From Candidatus Versatilivorator sp. (GTDB lineage: Bacteria > Acidobacteriota > Terriglobia > Versatilivoradales > Versatilivoraceae): DNA of 64,000 nucleotides. Location of the stretch: the NCBI GenBank assembly GCA_965207735.1, contig OZ242296.1, forward strand, positions 1,408,001-1,472,000. Reading direction: 5' to 3'. The translations under genes were made by a program, and so were the position numbers. This document shows, in pieces, positions 9,712 to 21,474 of this stretch (within the stretch, counting starts at the first letter, position 1; each line of letters begins with the position of its first letter). The notes under the pieces are model-generated. The model was not told the DNA's origin and searched no databases. It saw only the letters and a program-made list of their open reading frames with translations.

Positions 9712-10682
9712 CGGTCTCGGTCCAGAATCATTCGTGGGATCGCCTGCAGCGCCTGCCGGTAGGGAGAGGGGGGGAAACAGTCCAGAGCCGCTTCAGCTCT
9801 GGCGGCGAACTCCTGGGCGCGTTTTCGGGCTTTCTCCAGGACACGGTATCGGGTGACGATGGAAAGGATCTCCTCCTTGGAGACAGAGCGAAAGGCTTTC
9901 TCCCGCAGGACCGTCTTGATCTTCCCGGCCTCCTGCCGGTTGCAGACCTGCAGGGCGTAAACCAGCGGCAAGGTCATCTTGCCCTCTTTGAGATCGCTCC
10001 CCACCGGCTTCCCCAGAACCCGTTGCGAAGAACTCAAGTCGAGGATGTCGTCAGTAACCTGGAAGACCAGGCCCACGCACAGACCATAGTCCCCCAGCGC
10101 CCTTTCCTGGTCATCGCTGACCCTTCCCAGCAACCCTCCGATCCTGGCGCATCCGGAAAACAGATAAGCTGTCTTTCGCCGGGCGATATCCAGGACCTCC
10201 TGCTCGCTGACTTCGGGTCTGCCGTCCAGGTCGAGCTGAATCAGTTCCCCTTCCACCATCCTTTGGGTCAAGTCGATCAGGATGTCCAGAATGCGAAAGT
10301 TGCGTTCCTGCAGCGCCAGGTAGAAGGACTGCATGTAGAGCCAATCGCCCACCAGCACCGTGATCTGATTGCCCCACTTGTGGTTGACGCTGGAGCGGCC
10401 CCGGCGAACACTGGCGCCATCGATGATGTCGTCATGAACGAGAGTGGCGGTATGGATGAACTCGACCACGGCAGCCAGCTTGATGGCCGACTCGTTGACC
10501 TGGCCGCGGAGCTTGGTGCAAAGCAGCAGCAGGCTGGGGCGAATCCGCTTGCCACCGCCTTCCTGCAGGTATTTGCCGATCTCTTCGATGGTGCGAACCG
10601 GCGAGCGGCGCTGGCGTGCAAACTCCCCCTCGACCTGTCGCAACTCGTCTTTGACCAGATGGAATATCTCTTGGGGCCGCAC
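9708..10682 (-). CDS. Long-chain polyprenyl diphosphate synthase (IspB/HepT-like)
   Basis: GGKRIRP, LVHDDIID..RRG, QVTDDILD, GKPVGSDLKEGK. Confidence 0.9.
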   Translation of the reverse strand: MRPQEIFHLVKDELRQVEGEFARQRRSPVRTIEEIGKYLQEGGGKRIRPSLLLLCTKLRGQVNESAIKLAAVVEFIHTATLVHDDIIDGASVRRGRSSVNHKWGNQITVLVGDWLYMQSFYLALQERNFRILDILIDLTQRMVEGELIQLDLDGRPEVSEQEVLDIARRKTAYLFSGCARIGGLLGRVSDDQERALGDYGLCVGLVFQVTDDILDLSSSQRVLGKPVGSDLKEGKMTLPLVYALQVCNRQEAGKIKTVLREKAFRSVSKEEILSIVTRYRVLEKARKRAQEFAARAEAALDCFPPSPYRQALQAIPRMILDRDR

Positions 10683-10747
10683 TCAAACCCTTCCAGTAAT
10701 TGACTTGGGCAAGACCTTGATTTGACCGGCGCCGGGACTTCCGGCGG

Positions 10748-11620
10748 TCATTGCGGCGTTTCGCGCCCACCGGATGCGGAACCACCGGACTCGAAGCCCG
10801 CCCCGAGGCCCAAGGCCGGCAAAGCCTCAGCAGGCCTGCTCGGATAAGCCGGGCGGAACAGCCGCTGATAGTTCTCGGTCGTACACTTGGCCACGGCCTC
10901 CAGGCTGACCTGCTTGACCTCTGCCAGGGCTCTGGCGGTCTCCACCACCCAGGCCGGCTCATTACGCCTTCCGCGGAAAGGCACCGGGGCCAGATAGGGG
11001 GCATCGGTCTCGATCAACAGCCGGTCCATGGGGACGGCCCCGGCAACCTGACGGATGTCGTGAGCCTTGGGGAAGGTCAGCATACCGGAGAACGAGATAT
11101 GAAATCCCATTTCCAGACAGCTCCGGGCCATGGCCAGGCTGCCGGTGAAGCAGTGCATCACACCCGCCGGACCGCCACTGCGGTAGTGCTTGCCCAGAAT
11201 TTCGAGTGTCCGGACCTCGGCTTCCCTGGTGTGAATCACCACCGGGAGCTCCACCTCACGAGCCAGAGCCAGTTGTCGAGTGAATACCTCCTCCTGCTCT
11301 TCGGGCGTGGAATGGCGGTAATGGTAATCCAATCCGATTTCTCCCCAGGCAACCAGGCTGCCCGAGCGAGCCAGCCGGACAAGGTTCTCCAGACTCGCCT
11401 CCGAGGCCAGACCCGCCTCGTGCGGATGAATCCCGGCGGCCACATCCAGGTCTTCCTCCCGTTCCGCCAGCAGAACCGCCCTCTCGGTTTTGGCCGCATC
11501 CGCCCCGTCCCCAATCACCAGCACCCGTTCCACCAGGGCCGAGCGGGCTCGATCCAGCACTGACGGCAGGTCCGATTCAAACTCGGCTTCCGCCAGATGG
11601 GAATGGGAATCAATAAACAT
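10748..11620 (-). CDS. tatD: TatD family hydrolase
   Basis: IDSHSHL, GIHPH, GEIGLDY, IHTRE, HCFTG, ETDAPY. Confidence 0.93.
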   Translation of the reverse strand: MFIDSHSHLAEAEFESDLPSVLDRARSALVERVLVIGDGADAAKTERAVLLAEREEDLDVAAGIHPHEAGLASEASLENLVRLARSGSLVAWGEIGLDYHYRHSTPEEQEEVFTRQLALAREVELPVVIHTREAEVRTLEILGKHYRSGGPAGVMHCFTGSLAMARSCLEMGFHISFSGMLTFPKAHDIRQVAGAVPMDRLLIETDAPYLAPVPFRGRRNEPAWVVETARALAEVKQVSLEAVAKCTTENYQRLFRPAYPSRPAEALPALGLGAGFESGGSASGGRETPQ

Positions 11621-11646
11621 CGGATCGGCGGCAGTCAACGCCCAGA

Positions 11647-12285
11647 CTACGCCCCCGGCCGACCTCCGAACCGGGTTCGCGCGACTTCATAGAGTATGGG
11701 AGTAATCGACAGGAACACGATCAGGAGGACCACCTTCTCCAGGTTGTCGCGAATCCAGGCCACCTGCCCCAGGTAATACCCGGTCAAGACCATCGACACC
11801 ACCCAAAAGATACCACCAAACACATTGAAGGCGGCAAAGCGAGGATAGGACATCTGGCCGATACCGGCCACAACCGGCGCAAAGGTTCGGGCGAAGGGCA
11901 CGAATCGGGCCAGCACAATCGCCTTTCCACCGTGCTTCTCGTAAAACTCCCGGGCGTAGAACAGGTGCTTCTTGCGAAACCAGAAGCTGTCGTCCCTCTT
12001 GTAGAGAGCCACACCCGCTCGGTAGCCAATGGCATAGCCCACGGCGTCACCGACGATGGCCATCACGCTCAGCAGCACCAACAGGACACTGACGTTGAAG
12101 AACCCCTTGGCAGCCACCAGGCCCGCCAGGAACAGCAATGAGTCTCCGGGCAGGAAAAAACCGATAAAAAGGCCTGTTTCGGCAAAGACGATAACCGCCA
12201 GCACCAGGTAACCGCCAGACCGAATCAGTTCGATCAGCTTGTCCGGATTGTAAAGACTTGAGAAAAATTCGAGAATCGCTTCCAA
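11647..12285 (-). CDS. dedA: DedA/VTT family membrane protein
   Basis: FAETGL..FLPGDSLL and ARFVPFART motifs. Confidence 0.9.
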   Translation of the reverse strand: MEAILEFFSSLYNPDKLIELIRSGGYLVLAVIVFAETGLFIGFFLPGDSLLFLAGLVAAKGFFNVSVLLVLLSVMAIVGDAVGYAIGYRAGVALYKRDDSFWFRKKHLFYAREFYEKHGGKAIVLARFVPFARTFAPVVAGIGQMSYPRFAAFNVFGGIFWVVSMVLTGYYLGQVAWIRDNLEKVVLLIVFLSITPILYEVARTRFGGRPGA

Positions 12286-12375
12286 GAAGCCTCTGGGGGG
12301 GCTCTATCCCACACTTCTCACCGGGCTGCCGGCGAAATCATGAAAGGGTGAGCCATTTGCAAAATTTGTCCTGCC

Positions 12376-14382
12376 CTATTTCAGGCGAGCCCCGTTGGGA
12401 ACTTCCTCCAGAAAGGTCGCCAGTACCGGTCTGTCTTCCTCTCCGACCGACGCCGCCAGCAGCATTCCGTTGGATTCCAGTCCCCGTAGCTTGCGTGGCT
12501 GCAGGTTGGCAACCACTATGATCTTCCTTCCGACCAGGCTCTCGGCGGCATAGGCCTGGGCGATTCCAGCCAGAATCTGACGGGTTTCCCGTCCCAGATC
12601 CACGGTCAGCCGCAAGAGACGGTCGGCGCCCTTGACCTTGTCGGCCTCGACCACCTGCCCCACCCGAAGATCGATTTTGGCAAAGTCCCCAATGGTAATG
12701 GTGCTTCCGTCGGCAGGCGCGGCCGCCGCCGTCTTGGCCGCCGCCTTTCCTGCCACTTCCCGGGGAACCGGGGACGCCTTCTTTTTTCGACTGTCAGCAG
12801 GCTTCTGCTGTCCCCCGCTGCCGGAATCGAAAAGAGTCTCCAAAAGCGCCTTTCTGTCCAGACGCGGGAAAACCGCCGTGACTTCACCCAGCCGATTTCC
12901 CGCCAGTTCCCGGCTCCATTGCAAGCGGTTCAGGCGCTGAAGATTCAATGCCTCTCGCTGCCCCAACTGTTTCCAGACCTTGGCGCAACTGACCGGCAGC
13001 ACCGGGGCCAACAGGACAGTGACGATACGGACCACTTCCGCGCAGGTGTGGAGGATGGTCGCCAGCCGGGGCCGTTGGGCCTCGTCGCCCGCCATGGTCC
13101 AGGGAGCACAGACATTGATGTATTTGTTGGTCCGGGAAAGCAGATTCCAGACCGTCTCCAGGGCTCTGCTGAAGGCCAACCGGTCCAAATGGCCTTGATA
13201 AGCCTCAATGGTTGCCAGGACATGGTCCTTCAGTTCATTTTCCAGGGAAGAGAGATCTGCGGCAGGGGGCGGAACGGTGTTCTCGAAATTCCTGGAAATC
13301 AGCGCCAAGGTGCGGGAGACCAGGTTGCCCAGATCGTTGGCAAGGTCGCTGTTGGTCCTTTGAATCATGGCCTGGTAGGAAAAATTTCCGTCGGCGCCAA
13401 AGGGAATCTCCCTCAGCAGAAAATATCGGACCGCATCCGAGCCGAAGTGATTGAGCAGCAGGTGGGGATTGATCACGTTGCCACGAGACTTGGACATCTT
13501 GGCTTCGTCCTTGAGCCACCAGCCGTGGGCGTGGACCCGTTCGTGAAGCGGGAGGCCGGCTGCCAACAAGAAGGCCGGCCAATAGACGGTGTGAAAGCGA
13601 ATGATGTCCTTCCCCACCAATTGAACCTGGGCCGGCCAGTACTTGCGGAACTGGTCCTGCTCCCGGCTGTTTCCGAATCCGATCCCCGAGAGGTAGCCCA
13701 CCAGGGCGTCGAACCAGACGTAGATGACGTGGTTGTCGGCGACGGGAACGGGAATGCCCCATTTGACCGAGGTCCGGCTGACGGACAGATCCTTGAGGCC
13801 ATCGCTGACGAAGCGAACCACTTCATTGCGACGAGAGGTCGGGTTGATGAACTCGGGGTGCTTTTCGAAGAGATCCAGAAGCGGCTTCTGAAAGGCAGAC
13901 AGCTTGAAGAAATAGCTCTCCTCGGTGACGCGCTCGGTGGGGCGCTGACAGACGTCGCAGTCGGGGGCCGCGTCAGCCTCCGGGGCAAACAGGTTGCAGG
14001 GAATGCAGTACCAGCCGGAATACTCGCCCTTGTAAATGAAACCGTTGTCGAAGGCGCGCTGGAACACCTCGGAGGCGGCGGCGTAGTGGCTCTTGCTGGT
14101 GGTGCGAATGAAACGGTCATACTCCACGCCGAAGCGCGACCACAACTTGCGGTAGGCTCCCGCGTTCCGATCCGCCAGCACCTCCGGCGCGACTCCCTGG
14201 GCGGCGGCAGCCCGCTCGATGTTCTGGCCGTGCTCGTCGGTGCCGGTGAGAAAGCACACGTCGTAGCCTTGCATTCGCTTGTAGCGGCTCAAGCAATCGG
14301 CCACCAGGGTAGTATAGGTGTGTCCCAGATGCGGCCGGGCATTGACGTAGTAGAGAGGGGTGGTGATGTAGAAGGTATCCAT
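12376..14382 (-). CDS. metG: Methionine--tRNA ligase with C-terminal tRNA-binding (Trbp111-like) domain
   Basis: HLGH and KMSKS signatures; Zn knuckle; C-terminal IDLRVG..ESNGMLL. Confidence 0.97.
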   Translation of the reverse strand: MDTFYITTPLYYVNARPHLGHTYTTLVADCLSRYKRMQGYDVCFLTGTDEHGQNIERAAAAQGVAPEVLADRNAGAYRKLWSRFGVEYDRFIRTTSKSHYAAASEVFQRAFDNGFIYKGEYSGWYCIPCNLFAPEADAAPDCDVCQRPTERVTEESYFFKLSAFQKPLLDLFEKHPEFINPTSRRNEVVRFVSDGLKDLSVSRTSVKWGIPVPVADNHVIYVWFDALVGYLSGIGFGNSREQDQFRKYWPAQVQLVGKDIIRFHTVYWPAFLLAAGLPLHERVHAHGWWLKDEAKMSKSRGNVINPHLLLNHFGSDAVRYFLLREIPFGADGNFSYQAMIQRTNSDLANDLGNLVSRTLALISRNFENTVPPPAADLSSLENELKDHVLATIEAYQGHLDRLAFSRALETVWNLLSRTNKYINVCAPWTMAGDEAQRPRLATILHTCAEVVRIVTVLLAPVLPVSCAKVWKQLGQREALNLQRLNRLQWSRELAGNRLGEVTAVFPRLDRKALLETLFDSGSGGQQKPADSRKKKASPVPREVAGKAAAKTAAAAPADGSTITIGDFAKIDLRVGQVVEADKVKGADRLLRLTVDLGRETRQILAGIAQAYAAESLVGRKIIVVANLQPRKLRGLESNGMLLAASVGEEDRPVLATFLEEVPNGARLK

Positions 14383-14416
14383 CGATCTCCGGGGGAGTGC
14401 TTCGCGGCCGCCGCTC

Positions 14417-15700
14417 CTAGCCCAAACCTGATCCGTGCCGCTTCAGGAACTCTTGCATCACCTGCCGATGCACCTGCTTGTAGGGCACCCGGCGGCGCTG
14501 GGCCAGATCCTTGCATTCCTCATACTCGGGAGAAAAGCTCACGATTCGGCCATCCAGCCGAGCCACTTTCACCGACACCGTACCCATTGGACTGTCCACC
14601 GCTTCGATGATTCGGTCCAACACCTTTCGACGGCATCGGTGGTAGCGAATGCCCAGGGTGGTGGTCTCCTCAAAAAGCACCTTGCAGACACCGTCCAGGA
14701 GTTCCAAGGGAAGAACCACGGTCAGAAGGATTCCCGGACGGTTCTTTTTCATCTGGACCGGGCAGGTAAACACATCGTGGACTCCCAGCTCGAACAACCT
14801 CCCCTGCACGTATCCGATAATCTGGGGGTTCATGTCATCGATGTTGGCCTCCAGAACCCACACCTCGGAATCCGATGAAGCCGAATCGGAATCGACCGGT
14901 TGGCCGCTCAACACTCGCAGCACATTGGGACCATCCTTGTGATCGCGGCTGCCGGCGCCGTACCCGATACTCTCCACCCGATAGCCCGGCAACTCTCCAA
15001 AACTCCGGCAAATGGTGGTCAGAATGGCTGCCCCGGTCGGCGTGACCAGTTCCCCTTCGATTCTGTTGGTGTAGATGGGCACTCCCTGGACCAGTTCCGC
15101 CGTGGCCGGGGCGGGAACGGGCATGGTCCCGTGGGCGCAGTCTACCGTTCCCCAACCCACGTTGAGCGCGGAGGCCAGGCATCCGGGGGAGCCCAGCCAG
15201 TGCAAGCCGACAAAGGCCCCGACAATATCGACGATGGCGTCGACGGCGCCGACTTCGTGGAAGTGGACTTTTTCCACGGTGGTTCCGTGAACCTTGGCCT
15301 CGGCTTTCGCAAGCCGGAGAAAGGATCGGCAGGCGTTGTCCTGCACCCAGGGATCCAAAGCACTGCCGCGGATGATTTTCTCAATGGTCGAATAGTGCCG
15401 GTGGTGGTGCTCTTCACCGGTCTCCACATCGAATTTGGTGGCCATCACCCCCGACTTGTCGACGCGGGAAGACTTGAGGCGGAAGTTCCTTACATTCAGC
15501 TTTTCCAATTCGCCGGCGAGATGCTCCATCGGGAGTCCCAGGTCCAGCAGCGCTCCCAGAATCATGTCTCCGCTGACTCCCGAGAAACAGTCAAAATACA
15601 AATTTTGCCCGCGTTGAGTACCCACCTGTCTTGTCTCCACGGAACTTTCCGGCGCCGTTGCGCTCCGAAATTCGGCAACCCTGCTTCCGAGACAGAACAC
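14417..15700 (-). CDS. larC: Nickel pincer cofactor nickel insertase LarC (start uncertain)
   Basis: YFDCFSGVSGDM, His-rich HHHRH, HFHEVGAVD, CAHG.MPVPAPAT, ANIDD, MKKNRPG. Confidence 0.92.
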   Translation of the reverse strand: MFCLGSRVAEFRSATAPESSVETRQVGTQRGQNLYFDCFSGVSGDMILGALLDLGLPMEHLAGELEKLNVRNFRLKSSRVDKSGVMATKFDVETGEEHHHRHYSTIEKIIRGSALDPWVQDNACRSFLRLAKAEAKVHGTTVEKVHFHEVGAVDAIVDIVGAFVGLHWLGSPGCLASALNVGWGTVDCAHGTMPVPAPATAELVQGVPIYTNRIEGELVTPTGAAILTTICRSFGELPGYRVESIGYGAGSRDHKDGPNVLRVLSGQPVDSDSASSDSEVWVLEANIDDMNPQIIGYVQGRLFELGVHDVFTCPVQMKKNRPGILLTVVLPLELLDGVCKVLFEETTTLGIRYHRCRRKVLDRIIEAVDSPMGTVSVKVARLDGRIVSFSPEYEECKDLAQRRRVPYKQVHRQVMQEFLKRHGSGLG

Positions 15701-15813
15701 TAGGCTCAGACTCAGCCGTTTGTCAAGGCGAACCCGAGCGGCTGAGCGTCACCGGTAAAGCCTTCGCCCCGGACCGATCCGGAAGGGCCATGCCTGGGAT
15801 GGAAGTCCTGTTC

Positions 15814-16983
15814 CTACTGCATGAATTGCACAAAGACTTCATTGGAAAAAAGCCGTCCCTTGCGGGTCAGCTTCATTCGGTCTCCTTCGATTTCTATCAA
15901 CTGCCCCTGGACCAGTTCGCTCAATTCCCGGCCGAATCGTTCCAGCGGATCAAACCCGAATTTTCGGCGACAGCGGGACAAATCCAGGCCGGCATTCAGC
16001 CGCAAACCCAGAAATATCAGCTCTTCCAGATGCTGCCTGGGAGTGATCTCGGATCGAAAGGTGGTGGCGGGCTCTCCACCCTCCAGCAGTTCGACGTAAC
16101 GGACGGGGTCACGCTCGTTGCCCCAGCGCACCCCCGACCAGTAGGAATGGGCGCCGCACCCGAAACCGATGAAGGGTTGATCCGTCCAGTACTTCAGGTT
16201 ATGACGCGACTGCCGCCCAGGCCTGCAGAAGTTCGAGATCTCATACTGCTCCCAGCCGGCCTCTACCAGCCAGTCCACCGATTCCTCGTACCAGACGGCA
16301 ACCAGGTCTTCATCGGGCAAGGAACCATCGGCCCTTCCCTCTATCCTCCCCAAATGAGCGTCTTCGTGGATCTCCAGGAGATAGAGTGAGAGGTGCTCCG
16401 GAGAGACGGCGGCCACCTGGCTCAGGTTTTCCCGCCAATCGTCTTCCGTCTGGCCCGGCAGACCGGCAATCAGGTCCAGATTCAAGTTGTCGATCCCTCC
16501 CCGTCTGCACATCTCGATGGTCGAGATCGAGTCCGCCACGCTATGAGAACGGCCGACCCCTTTTAGCAGGTGGTCCTGGAATGTCTGGACCCCAAGGCTG
16601 ATTCGATTGACACCGGCCTCGCGGTAACTGTCCAGCTTGTCACCCGTCAGGGTGCCGGGATTGACTTCCAGGGTGATTTCCGGAACGGGAGCGAGCCTAA
16701 AGGCGCTGCGAATCCACTCCAGGGTTTGACCGATCTCCTGCTCATCCACCAGGGACGGGGTGCCGCCACCCACAAAAATGGTGTCGACGACCCAATCGGA
16801 GGTGGAGTTCCCGTTTGCATTCAATTTCTGCAGGAGGTCCGGCAGCGTTTCCATTTCCCGCCGTAGCGCCCCGAAATAGGGCTCGATCAAACTCCCGGGA
16901 AACACCCCCGAAGCGAAATGGCAGTAGCTGCACTTGGAGAGACAGAAGGGAATGTGAATGTACAACCCCAGCTCATTCGACAT
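15814..16983 (-). CDS. hemW: Radical SAM heme chaperone HemW
   Basis: YIHIPFCxxxCxYC, GGGTPS, YEISNF, HNLKYW. Confidence 0.9.
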   Translation of the reverse strand: MSNELGLYIHIPFCLSKCSYCHFASGVFPGSLIEPYFGALRREMETLPDLLQKLNANGNSTSDWVVDTIFVGGGTPSLVDEQEIGQTLEWIRSAFRLAPVPEITLEVNPGTLTGDKLDSYREAGVNRISLGVQTFQDHLLKGVGRSHSVADSISTIEMCRRGGIDNLNLDLIAGLPGQTEDDWRENLSQVAAVSPEHLSLYLLEIHEDAHLGRIEGRADGSLPDEDLVAVWYEESVDWLVEAGWEQYEISNFCRPGRQSRHNLKYWTDQPFIGFGCGAHSYWSGVRWGNERDPVRYVELLEGGEPATTFRSEITPRQHLEELIFLGLRLNAGLDLSRCRRKFGFDPLERFGRELSELVQGQLIEIEGDRMKLTRKGRLFSNEVFVQFMQ

Positions 16984-16993
16984 CGGCCGACTC

Positions 16994-18619
16994 TTACAAG
17001 AGAAGCAATTGGTGGTCCGGGCTGGAAAGGTCGATGGTGTCGTAGAGCTCTTCCAGGAACTCGGGTCCGTAGCGCGACAGAAAGTAGAAAATGTTGATTT
17101 GACGTTCCTGAAGCCCTCTTGAGGGATAGAGCGTCCTCAACAGGCTGTCGACCTGTCGAGCGAGGATCTCCTGTTGGCGGGACTCGGCTCCCACAAACTT
17201 GGTCCGCAGGTGTTCCAGTTGATATTGGATTTTCTTGCGGGTGGTTCCCAAGGCTCCAACCAGGGTGGCATCCACCGCCTTCAGGGGCTCCTCCATCTCA
17301 GCCAGGCGATCGGCGAATTCTCTTTCCAGCCGGTCGAAGCCGGCGCCGACCGCCTGGTTGACGGTGCGCTCGACTATCTGTTTCAGCAGCGGCCGGCTGC
17401 CTTGAAATAAATCAGGAAATTCCAGGCGGTATTTGGCCAGCAACTTCTGGATTCTTCTTTCAACCACCGTGACGCTGGCGCGCGGCACTACCCGGGGCAT
17501 GGCTCTGCCCAGGGCATGGTAGAGCGGGGAGATCTGGGCATAATAGGCAATCTCGGAAGGACCGGCAACGTAGGCCAGCGTCGGAAGCAGAAAGTCCTGC
17601 ACCACCGGTCTGAAAAGCACGTTGGGGCTTATCTGCTCCGGTGCCTGATCGATGAGAACCTGAAGATCGAGCAACTCGCCGGTGCTCCCCTTCAGGGAAA
17701 AACCGTTGCGGGTACCCACAACTCCCCGGCGTTTCCCGTCCTGCTCCCAAAAGAGAAAGCTTGTCCCTCCTTCCCCACCGACTTGAGGGGTGTACCCGGA
17801 ACCGGCCAGTTGTCGGTTGCGGCCTCTCAGCAGCTCATCCAGTTGCCCCCAGGTTTCCGCGCCCTGCAGAAACACCGGCTTGGCCAGTTTCTTAAGTGTC
17901 GGCTCCCGCGGGTCCAGCAGAATGAGTCCGTATTCCGAAAGGAGAAAGGAAACGATTTCGGCGAACGCCTGCCCAAAGGTGTTCCCCGGCCGATAGGTCC
18001 GTTTCAATCGGGCTGCCAGCACCGGCTTGAATTCGGAGTCCGGCAAGCCCTGCAGAAACTGGTCCAGGTGGCCTGCGATCGAGGGATCAAGGGAAACGGG
18101 ACCGACCGGCAGTCGATTCTCCCCTGATTCTTGAGCATATTGGAGCGATTTCAGAGTCGAGTCAGCCGTCAGGATCCAGGTTCGGCCCACTTCCTCAAGA
18201 TCGTGGTCGTCGGTGGCCATCCAGAATACGGGGACCGCATCCACGCCCCGGCGCCGATAGCTCTCGGCCAACTTGACCGCGGTCAGCGCCTTGTAGATCG
18301 TATAGGCCGGACCGCTGAACAAGCCCACCTGCTGACCGGTAACCACCGCCAGGCAGTGGTCCCCGGCCATACGGTCCAGGTTCTCCATGGTCTTGGCGGA
18401 AGCGCCCCAAAGCCGATTCTGGCGCTTGAGGGTCTCCACCAGGGCCGCTCGATGGGGCAAGCGGGGCCAGGTTGCATCCGATTGGGGCCATCCGGAGGAC
18501 TCCAGGCCGGGTGGCCCGGGAAAGAAGGCCTGAACCCTCTCGGCGTGGTAGAGGTAATCCAGCAGCAGGGCCGGCGTTTTCGGAATCTTCTCGAAGCTCA
18601 AACCGACCGACTTGGCCAT
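16994..18619 (-). CDS. bshC: Bacillithiol biosynthesis cysteine-adding enzyme BshC
   Basis: VVTGQQ.GLF.GP.Y..YK, FWMATDDHD, SPNVLFRP, GPSEIAY, LQER. Confidence 0.9.
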   Translation of the reverse strand: MAKSVGLSFEKIPKTPALLLDYLYHAERVQAFFPGPPGLESSGWPQSDATWPRLPHRAALVETLKRQNRLWGASAKTMENLDRMAGDHCLAVVTGQQVGLFSGPAYTIYKALTAVKLAESYRRRGVDAVPVFWMATDDHDLEEVGRTWILTADSTLKSLQYAQESGENRLPVGPVSLDPSIAGHLDQFLQGLPDSEFKPVLAARLKRTYRPGNTFGQAFAEIVSFLLSEYGLILLDPREPTLKKLAKPVFLQGAETWGQLDELLRGRNRQLAGSGYTPQVGGEGGTSFLFWEQDGKRRGVVGTRNGFSLKGSTGELLDLQVLIDQAPEQISPNVLFRPVVQDFLLPTLAYVAGPSEIAYYAQISPLYHALGRAMPRVVPRASVTVVERRIQKLLAKYRLEFPDLFQGSRPLLKQIVERTVNQAVGAGFDRLEREFADRLAEMEEPLKAVDATLVGALGTTRKKIQYQLEHLRTKFVGAESRQQEILARQVDSLLRTLYPSRGLQERQINIFYFLSRYGPEFLEELYDTIDLSSPDHQLLLL

Positions 18620-18641
18620 CGTGTGTCCCGGGCAGTACAGG

Positions 18642-20357
<1,716 letters not shown>

Positions 20358-20372
20358 CTACTCCGCCCCGCC

Positions 20373-21134
20373 TCAGGGGAGCTTGCCTTGGACGGCAAGC
20401 TCATTGATTCGTACCAGGTCATCAGGCGTATCCACCGCTACTCCGCGATATTCGTACGGCACCACTTGAATCCGATACCCGTTGTCCAGGAAACGCAGTT
20501 GTTCGAGGTCCTCCACGGCTTCCAGCCAACAATCCGGCAGATCGGGGAGGATCTCCAGAAATGCCTTGCGGTAGGCATAGATTCCCACGTGCTTGAATAC
20601 GGCCGCATGTGCCACTTGACCTGGTCGCTGCCGCCTCAAGTGTGGAATGGAAGACCGAGAAAAGTAGAGGGCGTTCCCCTTGCGATCCGTAACCACCTTG
20701 ACAACGTTGGGATCTGAAATCTCCTCGGCCTCGGCGGGGCATTTCAGCGTCGAGATCATCAGGCTCGGATCGGACCGGAACGGTTCCACAACGGCTTCGA
20801 TGCACCCCGGATCCATCATTGGCTCGTCACCCTGAAGGTTGACCACCACCTCGACCTCCAGATCTCGCCCAACCTCCGCCACCCTTTCGGTACCCGATCG
20901 GTGTGTTCCGGAGGTCATACAGGCCCTGCCGCCAAAGCTCTCAACCGCACGAACTATTCGCTCGTCATCGGTGGCTACCATGACTTCGGCAATCCCCCGT
21001 GCGGCCGCTGCCCGCTCGAAGACGTGCTGAATCATGGGTTTACAAGCTATTATTGCGAGAGGTTTTCCAGGGAAACGTGTCGATTGAAAACGGGCGGGGA
21101 TGACGACGACAGCCTTCAGATCATTCTTGGTCAA
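20373..21134 (-). CDS. kdsB: 3-deoxy-manno-octulosonate cytidylyltransferase
   Basis: IPARFQSTRFPGKPL, SGTER, NLQGDEP, LEQLR, VDTPDDL. Confidence 0.95.
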   Translation of the reverse strand: MTKNDLKAVVVIPARFQSTRFPGKPLAIIACKPMIQHVFERAAAARGIAEVMVATDDERIVRAVESFGGRACMTSGTHRSGTERVAEVGRDLEVEVVVNLQGDEPMMDPGCIEAVVEPFRSDPSLMISTLKCPAEAEEISDPNVVKVVTDRKGNALYFSRSSIPHLRRQRPGQVAHAAVFKHVGIYAYRKAFLEILPDLPDCWLEAVEDLEQLRFLDNGYRIQVVPYEYRGVAVDTPDDLVRINELAVQGKLP

Positions 21135-21474
21135 AACCTGTTCAGAGTCTGACGATGAAGGGGGCCCAAATGAATCCGAGCCTCTGGAAGGGTCAGCGGT
21201 ATCTTTGTTGAAAATGGGGCGAAGATCAAGTCCTAAATTGGGCGGTTCCCGGCTCGAGCGGATCCCTACCCGCGGGCCGCATTGCGAGGCAAGGGTACTT
21301 CCGGGAACAATACCGCAAAATTCGACTCCAATCCGCGCTCGGATCCCCGCCCGTCAGGGATCTTCAGCTCTTTACTCGGCCTTTACTTTTCCGGGGGCTT
21401 CGGTCAAAATGTCGACGGGATTCTTGCAGAGACGATGACATACTGGAAGCTTTCATGAGCTGGAGCGGTGCTCT

